NCBI RefSeq assembly: GCF_006345805.1
Contig: NC_043005.1
Coordinates: forward strand, 108,004,001 to 108,068,000
Direction of reading: 5' to 3'
Origin: Octopus sinensis
Taxonomy: Eukaryota
Length of the DNA: 64,000 nucleotides
Notes under the pieces: model-generated
Seen by the model: the letters and a program-made list of their open reading frames with translations, nothing else
What the model was told of the DNA's origin: nothing
The model's database searches: none
Part shown: positions 26,093 through 40,289 of the stretch, piece by piece
Layout of the letters: every line of letters begins with the position of its first letter
Numbering within the stretch: position 1 is the stretch's first letter
Position numbers and translations under genes: made by a program

Positions 26093-26675
26093 GAGAGAAA
26101 CAAAAATAATCCATTCCACACCCTTACAGTAATTTTTCCAAATCACATTCTTGCTTGTGAATAAAAATTTTTTTAAAGATATTTATTGACTGACAAATTT
26201 ATTAATTAATTAAATGAGCATAACTGATCAAATAGCTAAGACAAGATTGACCACATAAACATTCATTTCCCCAATGTTCTAGCACAGTTTTGCTTCAGCA
26301 GGCTATTACTTATAAGCAGTTTCAGACTCGTGATTTTGGAAACAAGGCAATGATCAAAAAGATTATTGTTTTTTTATTTTATTGAAGCAAAAGCTCGATA
26401 CATACTTTACACTTAATACTTTGCTAGAAACACAAAAAAAAAGAAAAAAGAAAAACGAAAAAAAAAAGAAATGAACAAAGTTTAAACTTCTTTTTGGTCA
26501 ATAATACTCACCACATAAAATAATAAGTGAATAAATAAGAAATAGAGTTAATAACAACAACAAAAAGAATAACAAGAACAACAACAACAGAAACAACTAA
26601 GCAACGAAAGTAAAAGATATCAAAATATAAATACTAAGAATATAATGTTAGAAAAAAAACATTCCCACTGGTTAC

Positions 26676-26710
<35 letters not shown>

Positions 26711-27522
26711 TACATATATGCATATATGTATATATATGTATATATATATACATATATATATTTATATATATGTACATGTGTGTGGATATAGATCTGTATA
26801 TATATATGTGTGTATATATAAACACACACACAGACACATACATGCAGATACAAACAGACATATACGTAACTACACATGCACAAACATACATACATAAATG
26901 ATGATCAATAAATAATTTCATGGTTTTTCTTCATCGATTTGACAACATACACATCCAGACTTCTTCACCATTATCTTGTGGGGCGGATGGTGGCAAGTGC
27001 AGTGTGGCACAATGTGGGGGAGGTGGGAGCGGGTATGGGCTAGCAGAAGCAAAAAAAAAATATGTAAAACAAAGTAAAATAATAAAAAAAAAGATAAAGA
27101 AAAACAGAGAGCCAGCCCACACTACCACCCTGAAAATCTCCCCCTCTTCTCATCGGAACACAAAAAAAAACTGGAAAAATAAATTAAATAAAAAGGCAAA
27201 AGTTTAAACATATCTTCAATGCTTCACCTCCTTACTTCCATTTTCTGGAGAATACAGTTAAAATGGGTTACAATAAAAATATTTTTTATTTTCTTCTCTT
27301 TTATATTTAGTTTATTTATTTTTCTCTCTTCTTTTGTAGTAACGATTTAATCACTTGATTTTTATATTTATTCATGAAGTGAAAAATTTCAATAATCAAT
27401 ATTATTTACTACTGGCTGACATATCACGCTTTTCTTTTTACCCTTCTCTCTCTCACTATCACATTATTTCTCTCTTTATTATATACTCACTCTCTCTCCC
27501 TCACCCTCTCTTTCTCTCTCTT

Positions 27523-27575
<53 letters not shown>

Positions 27576-27687
27576 CTATATATATATTTATCTATATGCT
27601 TCTCCCTCATTGCTGTTGAATCTTTCCATCCAATTCTATTTTATCTATCTTCATGTAATTCGTATATATAATTTTTCTTTAAACATG

Positions 27688-27689
<2 letters not shown>

Positions 27690-27740
<51 letters not shown>

Positions 27741-27748
27741 TATTATTA

Positions 27749-27813
<65 letters not shown>

Positions 27814-27900
27814 CATCATTATCATCATTATTATTATTAATATTCATATTATTATTATCATTATTATTATTGTTGTTGTTGTTATTGTTATTATTATTAT
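27690..27900. repeat. (ATT)n microsatellite
   Basis: directly visible. Confidence 0.95.
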
Positions 27901-28626
27901 TTGTTTGTTGTTAATGTTTTTATTATTTTCCTTTTTGTTGTTATTGTATGTGTTTCCTTTTATTTCTCGTTTATTTTTATTCCCCAATTTCATTGTGTCT
28001 GTTTTTAATTTGCCACTAAGGTCTTTGGCAGATAATTAGAAAAAATCTGAGTTGGACTATAAAGATATGAAGATAGCAGAAGTAGAATAAGAAGACGAAG
28101 ATGAAGAAGAAGAAGAAGAAGAAGATGAAGAAGAAGACGAAGATGAAGAGGATGAGGGGTGGTGGGGGAGGCGGCAGAGAAGAAGAAGAAGAGAAGAAGA
28201 AGAAGACAATGATGACAGTGATGATGACTACGACGATAATGATGATGGTGATGATGATGAGGAGGAAGAGTGGGCAGGGAGAAGGAGATGATGATATGAA
28301 AAATATGAAAAAGAGAGAATATATATGTAGCATACTAGATAAATAAATAAAACGAAAACATCAAAACAAATAATCAAAAGAAAAAAGAAATAGATATAGA
28401 GAAAATAAAAAGGCAATAGCAAAAACAACATGAGGAGGTAAAAACAAAACTGCAAAAATATGAAGTAAAATACTGTAATATTTGTTGATAACATTATGTG
28501 TTGATGTGAGAATGTCAGAAAAGTTATCTCTTTGATAACATCTTCTATTCTTAAATACAGCTACATGCCTCTTCTATGTACATACTATATAGTATATCTC
28601 TAAGTATATAATAACATACATACACG

Positions 28627-28659
<33 letters not shown>

Positions 28660-28677
28660 GTATATAAATATATATAT

Positions 28678-29940
28678 CATCATCATCATCATCATTACTT
28701 AACGTCTATTTTCCATGCTAGCATGGGTTGGACGTTTCGACCGGGGGTCTGGGAAGCCAGGTGGCTGCACCAGGCTTCAATTGTGATCTGGCAGGGTTTC
28801 TACAGCTGGATGCCCTTCCTAACGCCAACCACTCCATGAGTGTAGTGGGTGTACTTCTAATTAACAGATTGCTTGAAAAGTGACTCAAAGGCTGAGAGTT
28901 TCATAAATGGAACTTAACAAACTGACTGTCAGTATAATATACGTCCAACAGGAAAATCTTGGTATTTGAATCTTTCATGCCAGCACCATATAATAAACAC
29001 CTTTGATGGCATCACATATATAGTACCTGTGCTTGTACCATGTACAAAGCATCCGTGTTGGTGCCGAGCAAGAACACCCATGGCAGTGCCAAGTAGAAAG
29101 CACCTATGCTGGCATCACATAAAATGATTGGTGTTAAGAAGAGCATCCAGCTACAGGAGAGTGTAGTGGGTGCTTTTACGTGCCACCTGCATGAGGGCCA
29201 GTCAGGCGGTACTGGCAATGGCCATGCTCAAATGGTGCTTTTTATGTGCCACCTGCACAGGAGCCAGTCCAGTAGCACTGGCAACGACCTTGCTCGAATG
29301 ATTTTGTCACATGCCACCAGCACAAGTGCTAGTAAGGTGACACAGGTAACAATCATGCTCGAATGGTGTTTTTAATGTGCCATCAGCACAGAGGCCAGCT
29401 TGTCACTCTGGCAACGATCTCACTCGTGTGGTACTCTTTGCACCTTGCTAGCATGGATGCCAGTCATCGAATTTGATTTTGATTTCACTTGCCTCAGCAG
29501 GTCTTTGCAAGCAGAGTTTAGTGTCCAGTGAAGGAAAGGCATACATAAGTGGACTAGTTGCACCCCTGGCGAGGTCCACAAGGTTATGGTCTCACTTACT
29601 CATGCCGAGTCTTCTCAAGCACAGCATATTTCCAGAGGCCCTGGTCACAAGTCATTCCACAGGTTCCCTCAACCACTAGGGTGTGGCACTTTTTCACACA
29701 GTTATCCACATCCATTCTCGCCACATGACCACACCAGCGCAGTCATCTCTCTTGCACACCACATCTGATGCTTCTTTGGTCCAACCTTTCTCTCAAGGCA
29801 CTAACACTCTGTCGAGAATGAACACTGACATTACACATCTATCGGATCTTACTGGCTTCATTCCTTGCGAGCTTACGCATGTCCTCAGCAGACACAGCCC
29901 ATGTCTCACTGCCATGTAGCATCGCTGTTCATACACATGC
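28678..29940 (-). mobile_element. 5'-truncated RTE LINE (family D) with an internal ~300-bp insert
   Basis: Minus ORF relic MCNVSVHSRQSVSALRERLDQRSIRCGVQER*LRWCGHVARMDVDNCVKKC, then 3' UTR repeats, Meta-like motif, (GAT)n tail. Confidence 0.8.
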
Positions 29941-30243
29941 GACAAGGTTTCCAGTTGATCCGATCAACTGAACAGTTTGCTCATGTAATTAATGTACAAA
30001 GGGCTGATCACTCTAGAGACACGTGTATACTTAATGTAGTTCTCAGGGAGATTCAGTGTGATACGGAGTGTGACAAGGCTGGACCCTTAAAATACAGCTA
30101 CTATTCATTTTTACCAGCTGAGTGGACTAGAGCAATGTGAAATAAAGTGTCTTTCTCAAGGGCACAATGCATCGCTGAGAACTGAACTCATGACCTTACG
30201 ATTGTGAGCCAAATGCCCTAACCACTAAGCCATGCACTTTCAC
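29925..30243 (-). mobile_element. tRNA-derived SINE family E
   Basis: Minus head GTGCATGGCTTAGTGGTTAGGGCATTTGGCTCACAATC..GAGTTCAGTTC, then TGTGCCCTTGAGAAAGACACTTTATTTCAC; related copy at 59864. Confidence 0.7.
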
Positions 30244-31087
30244 TATAAAGACCTTTATTACAACAGGGAATATTGATATAAGGTTAAAAAAAATATCTTT
30301 CAAGTTTCTAAAACTAACCTTTCTCTCAAAGTAAACTTCAAACTTTCATTTTTTCTCAATCACAAATGTCTTTGTTTTCTGCTTTTTATCAAAGAGTTTC
30401 TGCATTCTTTCGTTGTCTTTTGATTTATTTCTTTACACTATCCATTTACTCATTTATTTGTTCTTCATTAGAATCCCAACAGGTCATTTGAGATATTTGC
30501 ATAAGATAAGTTTATATTAATTAAAAAAGGTATGACTTTAACGTGTGATTTTAATGGTGTGTGTTCTTTAGTCAATAAACTTTCTTGTCAGGTTGTTCTT
30601 CTCTTATCGTTATCTCACTAACACTCTTATTGTTGTTATTACTATTATTATTATTATTATATTATTATTATTATTATTATTGTTGTTATTATTATCCTTA
30701 TCTGCAAAAAGAGAAAAGGAAAAAGATGATTTTTCTTCAGTTGATTCCAGGGTATGAAATCAAACAAATGATAAGCACAAGAGAAATGGTGAGATATTTT
30801 GGATGTTTTAGCACTTTTAAAGGAATATTTCTCCAAAGCTATTTCAATGAAAATGTAAAGCAAATGAAGATTGAATAATTAAAGTAAAGATGAACAGCTT
30901 ATACATAAAGTGATTGATAAAAAGATAAAAAGATAGCATGGTGGTATATTATGTAAAATGATTTTTAATTCTCACCTGATCAAAGGTGACATAAATTGCA
31001 GGGACAACAAAATGAACGGAACTGGATACTTTTAAGTATTTAGTTTTGATATCATTACTACTGAGTTCAAATCTTATTGGTTGCTAT

Positions 31088-31357
31088 CTGAAAGAAGCCC
31101 ATTGTATATATGCATATATATATATATATAGGTATGTGTGTGGGTGTATATATGTTTGTGTGTCTGTGTTTGTCCCCACAACATCGCTTGACAACCGATG
31201 CTGGTGTGTTTACATCCCTGTAACTTAGCGGTTCATCAAAAGAGACTGATAAAATAAGTACTAAGCTTACAAAGAATAAGTCCTGGGGTCAGCTTGCTCA
31301 ACTCAAGGTGGTACTCCAGCATGGCCACAATCAAATGACTGAAACAAGTAAAAGAGT
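31088..31357 (+). mobile_element. SINE family B, 5'-truncated
   Basis: 3' half consensus. Confidence 0.85.
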
Positions 31358-31519
31358 ATATATTGTGACTATATATAGACGAAGCAGCTTCTAGAATTCT
31401 TTGTCAAACTATTCTTTCTTTTAATGTTCTTCACATTATTTTAAAAGTTGTTTTAATGATTTTAGTAAAATCTTTATTAACAATGTCTATATTTTTTATT
31501 TATTTTATTTTTATTTTAT

Positions 31520-31722
31520 TTTTACTTGTGTCAGTCATTTTACTGCAGCCATGCTGGAGCACCGCCTTTAGTCGAGCAAATCGACCCCAGGACTTATTCT
31601 TTGTAAGCCCAGTACTTATTCTATCGGTCTCTTTTGCCGAACCACTAAGTGACGGCAACGTAAACACACCGGCATCGGTTGTCGAGCGATGTTGGGGGGA
31701 CAAACACAGACACACAAACACA
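31520..31722 (-). mobile_element. SINE family B, 3' half
   Basis: reverse complement of 3' half consensus. Confidence 0.85.
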
Positions 31723-32559
31723 TAACTACATTTGTCTTCTAAATCAACGACAACTGACTTGTACAGAAGCTGAATTTGTCTTCCACAATAGAGTGTCCAA
31801 CTTCAGCACCAAGTGTAGCTGGACTCTGTGAAAGCAGTAGTTTGTTTCTACAACATGTGAAGCTTTTTTTTATAAGTGTTGCTGGTTGGTACAGTAACTT
31901 CAAGTACAATATTCTACAACATATCACTTTGATATGGTCAACTTTGCCTTCCATCATACAGAAATCAACCAAATGGTTTCTACACAAAGTACATCAAATA
32001 AAATCATCGGGAGCAATGAGTCAGCATGGCTGCAATACAGTGGCTTATATGTGTATAAGTGTTGTGGTATCAGCAAATATAACACTCCTAAGATAGCGAA
32101 AAGAATTTACTTAAATATTGAATTTTAAGTGCAGAGAATTTTTCTTGCCATTTCAAAATTTAAGCAAATTATTTGACACATGTTAGGACAGGTATTATGC
32201 CTGTTGATACCATCACAGGTCCCAATTTCATTACATAACTTAAAAGTTATCTATGCATGTTATGCAGTCTCTGATGATTTGACAATATAATCAGTTTACA
32301 AGGTATTTCTTTATATAATAAATATTATTGTTAATGAACATATGCACAATATACTGAATGAATGTAAACCTTTATCTCTACATTTGCTTATGTAGAAGTC
32401 TGTGTTCAAAAATGAGGAATAGAACTACACAGAAGAAAACTTGTAATAACAGATTTGCTCTTCACATAATAATTAAAATATAACAGATCACAGGAAATTC
32501 TAAGCTTTATTTATTTGCAATGGTTAAAATCTAACCCATACAAATATTATATATCGTCG

Positions 32560-34345
32560 GCTCCAGCTCGTATCCTAGCAATGGGTTCGCCAGTGTGCTG
32601 AATGTGACTTGGTGTCCAAGTTAGCGGTGAAAGAGTCATGGGCAGAATTTGCACAGGATGGTTGGTGCCGGTGGAGGATGTTGAAGACGCTCCTTTCTTC
32701 TCCTGCGTTTATCTCCTCATTCTGTTGACTATTCTGCTTGGAAAAGCTGGTTCCATTGTGGATAGCTGTCCTACAGGCTATCCTATGCATGGAAATCTGT
32801 TTCCTTGAGTATGACTGGATATTACTTTGAGCCAGGGTTCGTTTGAGTTGGTCTTTAAAACGGAATTTCGAACCTCATCTAGGTCTTGTTCCGATTGCAA
32901 CTTCTCCGTAGAGCATGATCCTCAGGAGACAAGAGGACTCCATACACTGGACGTAACTTGCCCAATGGAGAAGATGGCGAAGAATGGTGGCTTCGACGCT
33001 TGGTAGTGAGGTGCGGCAAAGAACCTCATTGTTGGTAATGTGATCTTCCCATCGAATATTGAGGATCTGTCGTAGCTTGAAGTATTCAAGGTGCTTGATA
33101 TCACGGCGGTACAGCTTCCAAGTCTCACAAGCATAGAAAAGAGTAGACAGGACAATGCCACGGAAGACTATGATCTTCGTCCGGATGGTCAGCGTGTGAT
33201 TGAAGAATACACGTTGGCTGAGTCTACTGAAAGCGTAGTGGGCCGCCCTGATCCACTTCACCTCATCCTTTTCCCACATGGGGGTCTTCAAAAGGATACA
33301 CCCAAGGTATGAGAAGTGTTCAACTTCTTCTAGAGGCTGTCGATGAAGCTAATGATCGTGGGTGGACTGTTCTGACCTGGTGCAGGTTAGATCAGGGTCA
33401 TGGTCTTTAATTTGTTTACCTGCATCCTGAAGCGCTCGGAAGCTACGTTGTAGAAATCAACCGTCCTTCGTTAGTTAGTTAGTTAGTTAGTTAATTCTTT
33501 GGCTCAAAAAGCAAAATTCAAGGCCATGTAGGGGGACATGGAGTTATGTACAGGGTGGTGTTCAGATAAAGAGTTCAGGCCACTTGTGGTCAAGGGAGAC
33601 TTTGAACCAAACGGTCATCGGCATCTTCACCATCTCGTCCGGCAGCTTATTCCACGGATCCGCAACCCAGACGGAGAAAGCCCCTCTCCTTCGATTGAGA
33701 TGAAATCGTCGCAGACAGAGCTTTTTGGAGTGACCCCGTAGCCGACGCTCTGGAGCAGGAGTGAAGAACAGCTCTTTCGAGAGGTTAGGCCATTTGCAGT
33801 CCAGCTTGGGGTGGCAATGTCATCGGCATACTGAATATCACGGAGGTCCACGTCTTTGCGCAGAGACATGTGAGATTAAAGAGTCCACCATCCAAGCGAC
33901 TGCATGTTGATGGAAGGCGAGTCTAATGGGATTTCATTGAACATGGTGGCCATGTACAAAGAGAAACATGTTGGTCCCAGGACGCATCCTTGCTTAAGGC
34001 CTCCAGTGATTGGAAACGGGTCTGTAAGGGCATTTTGATGGCATACCTTACCGACCATGCCGTCGTGAAGGGAGCGGACCAGGGCAATGAAGTCATACGT
34101 ACATCCAAATCAAGCAAAGACAGCCCACATTGCAGGACGGGGGACCTTGCCAAAGGCTGTCTTTAGATCCCAGAAGATGAACATTGCAGGCTCTTGTTAT
34201 TCTTGACACTTCTTCTGGAGTTGGTGGGCACAAAAAATCATGTCAGTTGGTGCCTTGAGAAGGTTGAAAGCCACACTGAGATTCAGGGAGGACGTCTTCC
34301 ACAAGGATGAGGAAGCGATTGAATAAGATACTGGAGAAGGTCTTA
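32560..34345 (-). pseudogene. decayed RTE-clade LINE reverse transcriptase
   Basis: ORF pieces VLPESQCGFQP, GLKQGCVLGPTCF, IQYADD, LFYACETW, LRQILNIRWEDHITNNEVL, MLYGEV. Confidence 0.9.
33470..33770 (-). mobile_element. CR1-like LINE 3' fragment nested in the RTE copy
   Basis: Minus: LNRRRGAFSVWVADPWNKLPDEMVKMPMTVWFKVSLD, short UTR, (TAAC)n tail. Confidence 0.7.
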
Positions 34346-34695
34346 CATGCATTACTCAGGAAAATATTACCCTGCTTTAAAATACATAATGTTTTGACAA
34401 CAGAAAGGGTACCCAACCCTAGAAAACCTACTTCAATAGACTCTGTCCTACCCACGCAAGCATGAAAACGTGGACGTTAAAACAATGATGATGATGATGA
34501 CGATGATACTAATAATATGCACATTCAAGACATGACTGGGTGCATCTTTAATATTTTTTATGAAAGATTTTACACATAACCTTATTGCTCTTTCATGTTT
34601 ATTTCGGAACAATAGTGTTTCTAAATGAAATAGTCCTTTAAGTTTCAAGCTGCCTTTCTCTCTATCATATCAGAATGAAAGAATGGTATCCTGCT

Positions 34696-35312
34696 AAGGC
34701 GGCGAGCTGGCAGAAACGTTAGCATGTCGGGTGAAATGCTTTGCAGTATTTCGTCTGCCGCTACGTTCTGAGTTCAAATTCTGTCGAGGTCAACTTTGCC
34801 TTTCATCCTTTAGGGGTCAATTTAATAAGTACCAGTTACGTACTGGGGTCGATATAATCGACTTAATACCTTTGTCTGTACTTGTTTTTCCTCTCTGTGT
34901 TTAGCCCCTTGTGGGTAGTAAAGAAATAGGTATTTCGTCTGCCGCTACATTCTGAGTTCAAATTCAGCTGAGGTTGACTTTGCCTTTCACCCTTTCGGGG
35001 TCGATTAAATAAGTACCAGTTACGCACTGGGGATCGATGTAATCGACTTAATCCCTTTGTCTGTCCTTGTTTGTCCCCTCTGTGTGTAGCCCCTTGTGGG
35101 CAGTAAAGAAATAAGAAACGTTACTATGGCAGGCGAAATGCTTAGCGGTCTTTCATCAGTTTTTATGTTCTGAGTTCAAATTCCGCCATGTCATCCTTTC
35201 GGGGTCGACAAATTAAGTACCAGTTGCGTACAGGAGTCGATCTAATCGACTGGCCCCCTCCCCAAAATTTTGAGCCTTGTAACCTAGAGTAGAAAAGCAG
35301 AAAAGAATAATA
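34696..35312 (+). mobile_element. SINE family C with internally multimerised core (three units)
   Basis: AAGGCGGCGAGCTGGCAGAAACGTTAGC head; TTCTGAGTTCAAATT..CCTTTCGGGGTCGA core repeated at ~34767, 34950, 35168. Confidence 0.85.
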
Positions 35313-35876
35313 GTATCTTGCTTTCATGTTTTGCAGTAAATTACAAGACATCATGGAAATAATATTATAGGTGATAAAATCATCATCGCCACATTTAAAA
35401 ATTACACACAATCAAGTCTTGGGTAGATTTCATGATATATATGACGAACATGTGTTGCCTACTTATATTTCTGTTTGTTTTCTGTTTCTATGGTTACTTT
35501 TCTCATTTTTGGTGTAATTATACAGAAAATTGCAGAGCTGTCAGCTAAGGTTTGTCTAATATTATTTTATGTGCTTTATTTTAATGAGTAATAATGCTTC
35601 CTTATTGTAAATGTGAGAAAGTGTCAAAATTTGTCATACTTGGGTCTCTGGTGTATTGAATGAAAACCTTCTCACAACATGAAAACCACAAACTTGTAAA
35701 CTAGGAAATGAAATTCTGAAAATGTGTATAACATAACTTTCAATGTAAACATGAAAATTCAAAACATCATAATTCAAAAAGCTGCATACATACATACATG
35801 TATATACACATATATACACACATATAAGTAGATATGTATTTATATATACAAACAGACATATATATAAATATATGCA

Positions 35877-35895
<19 letters not shown>

Positions 35896-35912
<17 letters not shown>

Positions 35913-36002
35913 CATATTATATGTAAGTATATATGAATGTTTCTGGTGTATATATATATGTGTGTGTGTGTATGTATATATTTTGATATCTCTCTCTCTC
36001 TC

Positions 36003-36051
<49 letters not shown>

Positions 36052-37001
36052 TATATATATATATACATGCACACATGTATATGCATACACACACACATAT
36101 ATACAAAACTATTCGATCTATTTCTTCCTTTTATGCTTTCTCTCTTTCAGTTTCCCTATCTCCTCATCATTTCATCATTACACAAACATCCCCCCCCACA
36201 CACACACACTCATTCACACAAACGCATGCACACAAAAGTGTATGAAAGGATGCACATACACACACATCTATCACCTCAAAGTATACAGAACAAAACAACC
36301 AAAAAATCCGACTCAAAAGAAAAGTATTCTCTCCAAAGATATGAATATGGCCAATCTCCAGATAATATTCTATGCATGGATTATTCATTGTAGCTGGATC
36401 AAATCCCAAGCTGACCTTCACCTGTCTGCCTCCCATCATTCACCGAGGGACAATTTTATGTCTCATTGTTAAACATTATTTTTATTTCAATGTTCTATGT
36501 GTTTATTTTATTTTATATCATCTTTATATTTTTATCTACATTTATATTTTATACTTTATGACTAAATTTTTGTATATTCATGTTCTATATTTATATGTAT
36601 GGATGTACAATTGTGTGACTAAGTCTACGAGTGTCTAGGTGTGTCTATGTGCATATGGATATAAATATAGCAATAGAGATATATTTATATGCACACACAT
36701 ATATACACATACACATTTATATACATTAAATAATAGAATATGCATAGACCATCATCTCTATAAATTCATATATATTTCTGTGTATGTGTATATGTGTATA
36801 TATGAAATATATATATATATGTATATACTAAGTCTTATATATTATTGTTTATTTTTAATATTTATCCACACTATGAGTCTTCAATACAGGTTTATGCCTG
36901 CACTTTTGGCATACACACACACATACACACCACAACAAACACATACACACACAAACATATATATACAGTATGCCTGATATTTTTATCAGTTTCTCATATA
37001 C

Positions 37002-37034
<33 letters not shown>

Positions 37035-37156
37035 ATATATATATATATACATACATATTATATGTAAGTATATATGAATGTTTCTGGTGTATATATATAT
37101 GTGTGTGTGTGTATGTATATATTTTGATATCTCTCTCTCTCTCTCACTCTCTCTCA

Positions 37157-37206
<50 letters not shown>

Positions 37207-38144
37207 GCACACATGTATATGCATACACACACACATATATACAAAACTATTCGATCTATTTCTTCCTTTTATGCTTTCTCTCTTTCAGTTTCCCTATCTC
37301 CTCATCATTTCATCATTACACAAACACCCCCCCCACACACACACACACACTCATTCACACAAACGCATGCACACAAAAGTGTATGAAAGGATGCACATAC
37401 ACACACATCTATCACCTCAAAGTATACAGAACAAAACAACCAAAAAATCCGACTCAAAAGAAAAGTATTCTCTCCAAAGATATGAATATGGCCAATCTCC
37501 AGATAATATTCTATGCATGGATTATTCATTGTAGCTGGATCAAATCCCAGCTGACCTTCACCTGTCTGCCTCCCATCATTCACCGAGGGACAATTTTATG
37601 TCTCATTGTTAAACATTATTTTTATTTCAATGTTCTATGTGTTTATTTTATTTTATATCATCTTTATATTTTTATCTACATTTATATTTTATACTTTATG
37701 ACTAAATTTTTGTATATTCATGTTCTATATTTATATGTATGGATGTACAATTGTGTGACTAAGTCTACGAGTGTCTAGGTGTGTCTATGTGCATATGGAT
37801 ATAAATATAGCAATAGAGATATATTTATATGCACACACATATATACACATACACATTTATATACATTAAATAATAGAATATGCATAGACCATCATCTCTA
37901 TAAATTCATATATATTTCTGTGTATGTGTATATGTGTATATATGAAATATATATATATATGTATATACCTAAGTCTTATATATTATTGTTTATTTTTAAT
38001 ATTTATCCACACTATGAGTCTTTCAATACAGGTTTATGCCTGCACTTTTGGCATACACACACACATACACACCACAAACAAACACATACACACAAAAACA
38101 TATATATACAGTATGCCTGATATTTTTATCAGTTTCTCATATAC

Positions 38145-38175
<31 letters not shown>

Positions 38176-38195
38176 CATATATATATAATATATAC

Positions 38196-38243
<48 letters not shown>

Positions 38244-38262
38244 CTATATATATCTATATATA

Positions 38263-38301
<39 letters not shown>

Positions 38302-38480
38302 CCTAAGTCTTATATATTATTGTTTATTTTTAATATTTATCCACACTATGAGTCTTTCAATACAGGTTATGCCTGCACTTTTGGCATACACACACACATA
38401 CACACCACAAACAAACACATACACACACAAACATATATATACAGTATGCCTGATATTTTTATCAGTTTCTCATATACATA
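35896..38480. repeat. tandem duplication, ~1.14-kb unit x2 plus a partial third copy
   Basis: 35896-36990 nearly identical to 37040-38135; 38290-38480 repeats the unit's last ~190 bp. Confidence 0.95.
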
Positions 38481-38494
38481 TATATATTATATAT

Positions 38495-38549
<55 letters not shown>

Positions 38550-38613
38550 TATACATATATATATATATAATATATATATATATATATCATATATATATAT
38601 ATACTATATATAT

Positions 38614-38664
<51 letters not shown>

Positions 38665-38667
38665 ATA

Positions 38668-38732
<65 letters not shown>

Positions 38733-39080
38733 GGTAGTTTTATTATATTTGAGTATTTGAAATGTAAAAGAAAAATAAAGAGTAGGCTGAAATAATTATA
38801 ATTGTGTGTCTATGTATATATGTGCGTATATGTGCGCAAACCTGTCTGATAGATTGTGTCTAGTAGTTCAAAGGTTCAGTGTTGTTACACACATCCTCGG
38901 GATTATGTTAAGCAACATGTGTCTGTGAAATACTCCGCTGCCTACACTCTATAACAATAAGTGCTTATATACACATGCACATCCACACATGCACGTGCAT
39001 ATGCATGTTCGTGTGCATGTACGTATGCATGTGTGCGTGCATGTGTGTGTATATATATATATATAGAAATATATATATAT

Positions 39081-39114
<34 letters not shown>

Positions 39115-39226
39115 AGAGAGCGAGGGAAAGATATAGGTAGATAAATATATGCATAGATATGTATGCATTTATATGTATACATATACATCTATATCTATAT
39201 ATACATATATATATATACATACATAC

Positions 39227-39712
39227 ATATTACTACCCTTCTTGTTTATATTTGCATATTACATGATGGATTTATTCGTAAAATTCTTCCCGGCATGCCC
39301 TATACTGCCGTGTAAGTTTTGCGTCTGCGCAGAGATTTGAAAAGTTAAGATTTGCTAGTAGTCGGGATCAACACATGGTCCCACATCGCTGCAGATCTCG
39401 ATTCAATTTAGGCGACTCGCTGACGAAGCTAGCCTTAGCAAACATATTCTGTGTTTTGCTAGAAAGAAGCAGAAACTGCGGTTCGAGTTGTTAAAGTTAT
39501 CGGTAAACGTTTTTGATTTTCACTCTCGATAAATTCATCCCCTTTTTGTGTTCCCAGCACTCGGCATCTTAATTTAGGAGCCCTTAATTTTATAACTACA
39601 TGAATAATATTTTTCTATATAAATAATATTTTTGTCTTATGACTAATTCGTCTTTTGTGCTGGGCACCTGGTAGTAAATAATATTACTACCCTTCTTGTT
39701 TACATTCGTATA
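39227..39712 (+). mobile_element. retrozyme-like non-coding element with terminal direct repeats
   Basis: ATATTACTACCCTTCTTGTTTA at 39227 and 39681; internal hammerhead; TA-rich microsatellite flanks. Confidence 0.7.
39414..39489 (+). ncRNA. type I hammerhead ribozyme with extended stem II
   Basis: GACTCG-CTGACGA-AGCT..TAGCAAACATA(TTC)TGTGTTTTGCTA..AGCA-GAA-AC(TGCG)GT-T-CGAGTT. Confidence 0.8.
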
Positions 39713-39723
39713 TATATATATAT

Positions 39724-39783
<60 letters not shown>

Positions 39784-40241
39784 GTGGTCATTATGCTGGA
39801 AAAACAAAAAAATGTTCTAATTCAATACATAATGTGAATTAGATATGTCATTGAAACTTATAAAACATGAAACTCATAGTTATGATTCACTGAGTGTCGG
39901 CTTAAATTCATATTAATCTTCTTTCTGTATTAGCCAGGAGGGCGAAAATAGATGAAAAAAAAAAATTGCGAAAATTTCATTCTGTGTTTCAAAGAAAGGG
40001 AAGAAACTTTGGAATGTGGAATAAAGTATGTTTACAATTAACAAAGAGAAACTTTAAAAACATTTTACGATAGATGGAAGGACAAATTAAGAATTACAAA
40101 TATTCATATGCATGCACAAATACTCAGCACACAGACCACACAGTTACATATATATGTATATATATATTTATTTTATAGAAGGAGCTTCTACAGGACTAGA
40201 ACTTTTTCATTCCCCCGACTCAACCCGGGACCTACATATGT

Positions 40242-40289
<48 letters not shown>

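Larger units (their letters stand above)
25123..26295. repeat. ~140-bp near-perfect inverted duplication (25123-25262 / 26152-26295)
   Basis: arms identical by eye except one 4-bp TTAA indel. Confidence 0.9.

Noticed and set aside
31739-31987. Possible minus-strand exon
   Set aside because: No recognisable protein similarity or convincing splice pair
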